64,000 nucleotides of DNA, from assembly GCA_002189035.1 (NCBI GenBank), contig NEEC01000004.1:310001-374000 (forward strand). The letters run 5' to 3'. Made by a program: the position numbers and the translations under genes. Under the pieces are notes generated by a model. The model was given only the letters and a program-made list of their open reading frames with translations, was not told the DNA's origin and made no database searches. This DNA is from Utricularia gibba. Taxonomy: Eukaryota > Plantae > Magnoliophyta. This document shows, piece by piece, positions 63,179 through 64,000 of the stretch (within the stretch, counting starts at the first letter, position 1; each line of letters opens with the position of its first letter).

Positions 63179-64000
63179 ATGGGAAAGTTCGTCGATGAAC
63201 CACCGGTGACTGGAGACTGTACAGTCAAGCAGGTTTAGTTCAATTCTATTTCTCTGATTCAGAGTTTGAACAAGATTGTGAGTGAATTTAGGATACTCCA
63301 TGCATGTGTATTTGGTTGCAGAGGCTGAACCCGAAAAGGCGAAAGGAGAAAGTAGTTATTGGTTGTGGTGCTGGATTTGGAGGCGACCGTCCTCTCGCAG
63401 CGCTGAAATTGCTTGAGAGAGTGAAAGAGCTGGACTACATCGTGCTTGAATGTCTCGCCGAACGCACTCTGGCGGAGCGCCACGCTGCGATTAAGTCCGG
63501 CGGGAAAGGCTACGATCCTCGTGGTACTTTTTTTTATCCGAGAAGCGAAATTTCAGTATATGTCGTAAAGATCATACTTGGGCTCTATGAGTTACAATAA
63601 AAGGAAAAATGCCCATTGTAGAGTGAATTATATAAACTAAATGTTTCCCATATCAGTTAACTTCCCGAAAGCATCTCCAAATGGGATGCCTTGATTTCCC
63701 TCCCATTAGGAGTTTGATGTTTCTTTGATCCGGCGTTACATGGTGTGTAATCTGTGTCTTACTGGATATGCAGTTTCAGAGTGGATGGAGTTGCTTTTAC
63801 CATTGGCTGTTGAAAGAGGAGTCTGCATTATTACAAATATGGGCGCTAGTGAGATTGAATTGTTCATCATCTGTAGGTTTGAAATTTTTGATTTTTTATG
63901 CTCATAAAAATATGTTGCTCGTTTCCCTGTAGAATCTCCTCATGGTGCTCAAGAGGAGGTTTTAAAAATTGCAAGTAAATTGGGGATTAGGCTTACAGTT
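63179..64000 (+). CDS. DUF1446 / AtuA-like (acyclic terpene utilisation family) protein, At1g01770-like; 5' part only
   Basis: Exons 63179-63232, 63322-63523, 63774-63848, 63933-end, phase-consistent. IGCGAGFGGDRP, YIVLECLAERTLA, GYDPR, ITNMGA. Confidence 0.88.

Overview
Gene-dense eudicot nuclear DNA: about 19 loci in 64 kb (roughly one per 3.4 kb), with mostly 70-300 nt introns. This suggests a miniature genome; the species cannot be called from sequence alone. Hand-spliced, frame-consistent genes in order: MATE/DTX transporter (+), HD-Zip I ATHB6/16-like (+), cytosolic pyruvate kinase (-), 14-3-3 (-), EPFL1-like peptide (+), MYB93-like R2R3-MYB (-), GA20-oxidase (+), bHLH Ib (-), RLCK-XI-type kinase (-), PKS-like protein (-), ABHD17-like hydrolase (-), ASP/ASPM (-), trihelix factor (-), LAZ1 homolog (+), TFIIF alpha/RAP74 (-), TLC-domain protein (+), ANGUSTIFOLIA (+) and a DUF1446/AtuA-like gene (+, cut by the window end). 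A decayed but intron-retaining sugar-phosphate/nucleotide-sugar translocator pseudogene lies at 56.7-58.1 kb; the ORF track shows only fragments of it. Best leads: that pseudogene; a 303-bp internal duplication of a 4-IQ block in ASP; an extra MYB intron flanked by AGGTTC direct repeats; three genes each one base short in a homopolymer (GA20ox, RLCK, PKS; real lesions or assembly errors); a 47-aa uORF in the HD-Zip leader; and a possible decayed PKS paralog. No tRNA, rRNA, CRISPR array, miRNA precursor or autonomous transposon could be supported. I found no clearly new multi-gene system. All homology calls are from memory of the families, not from database searches.
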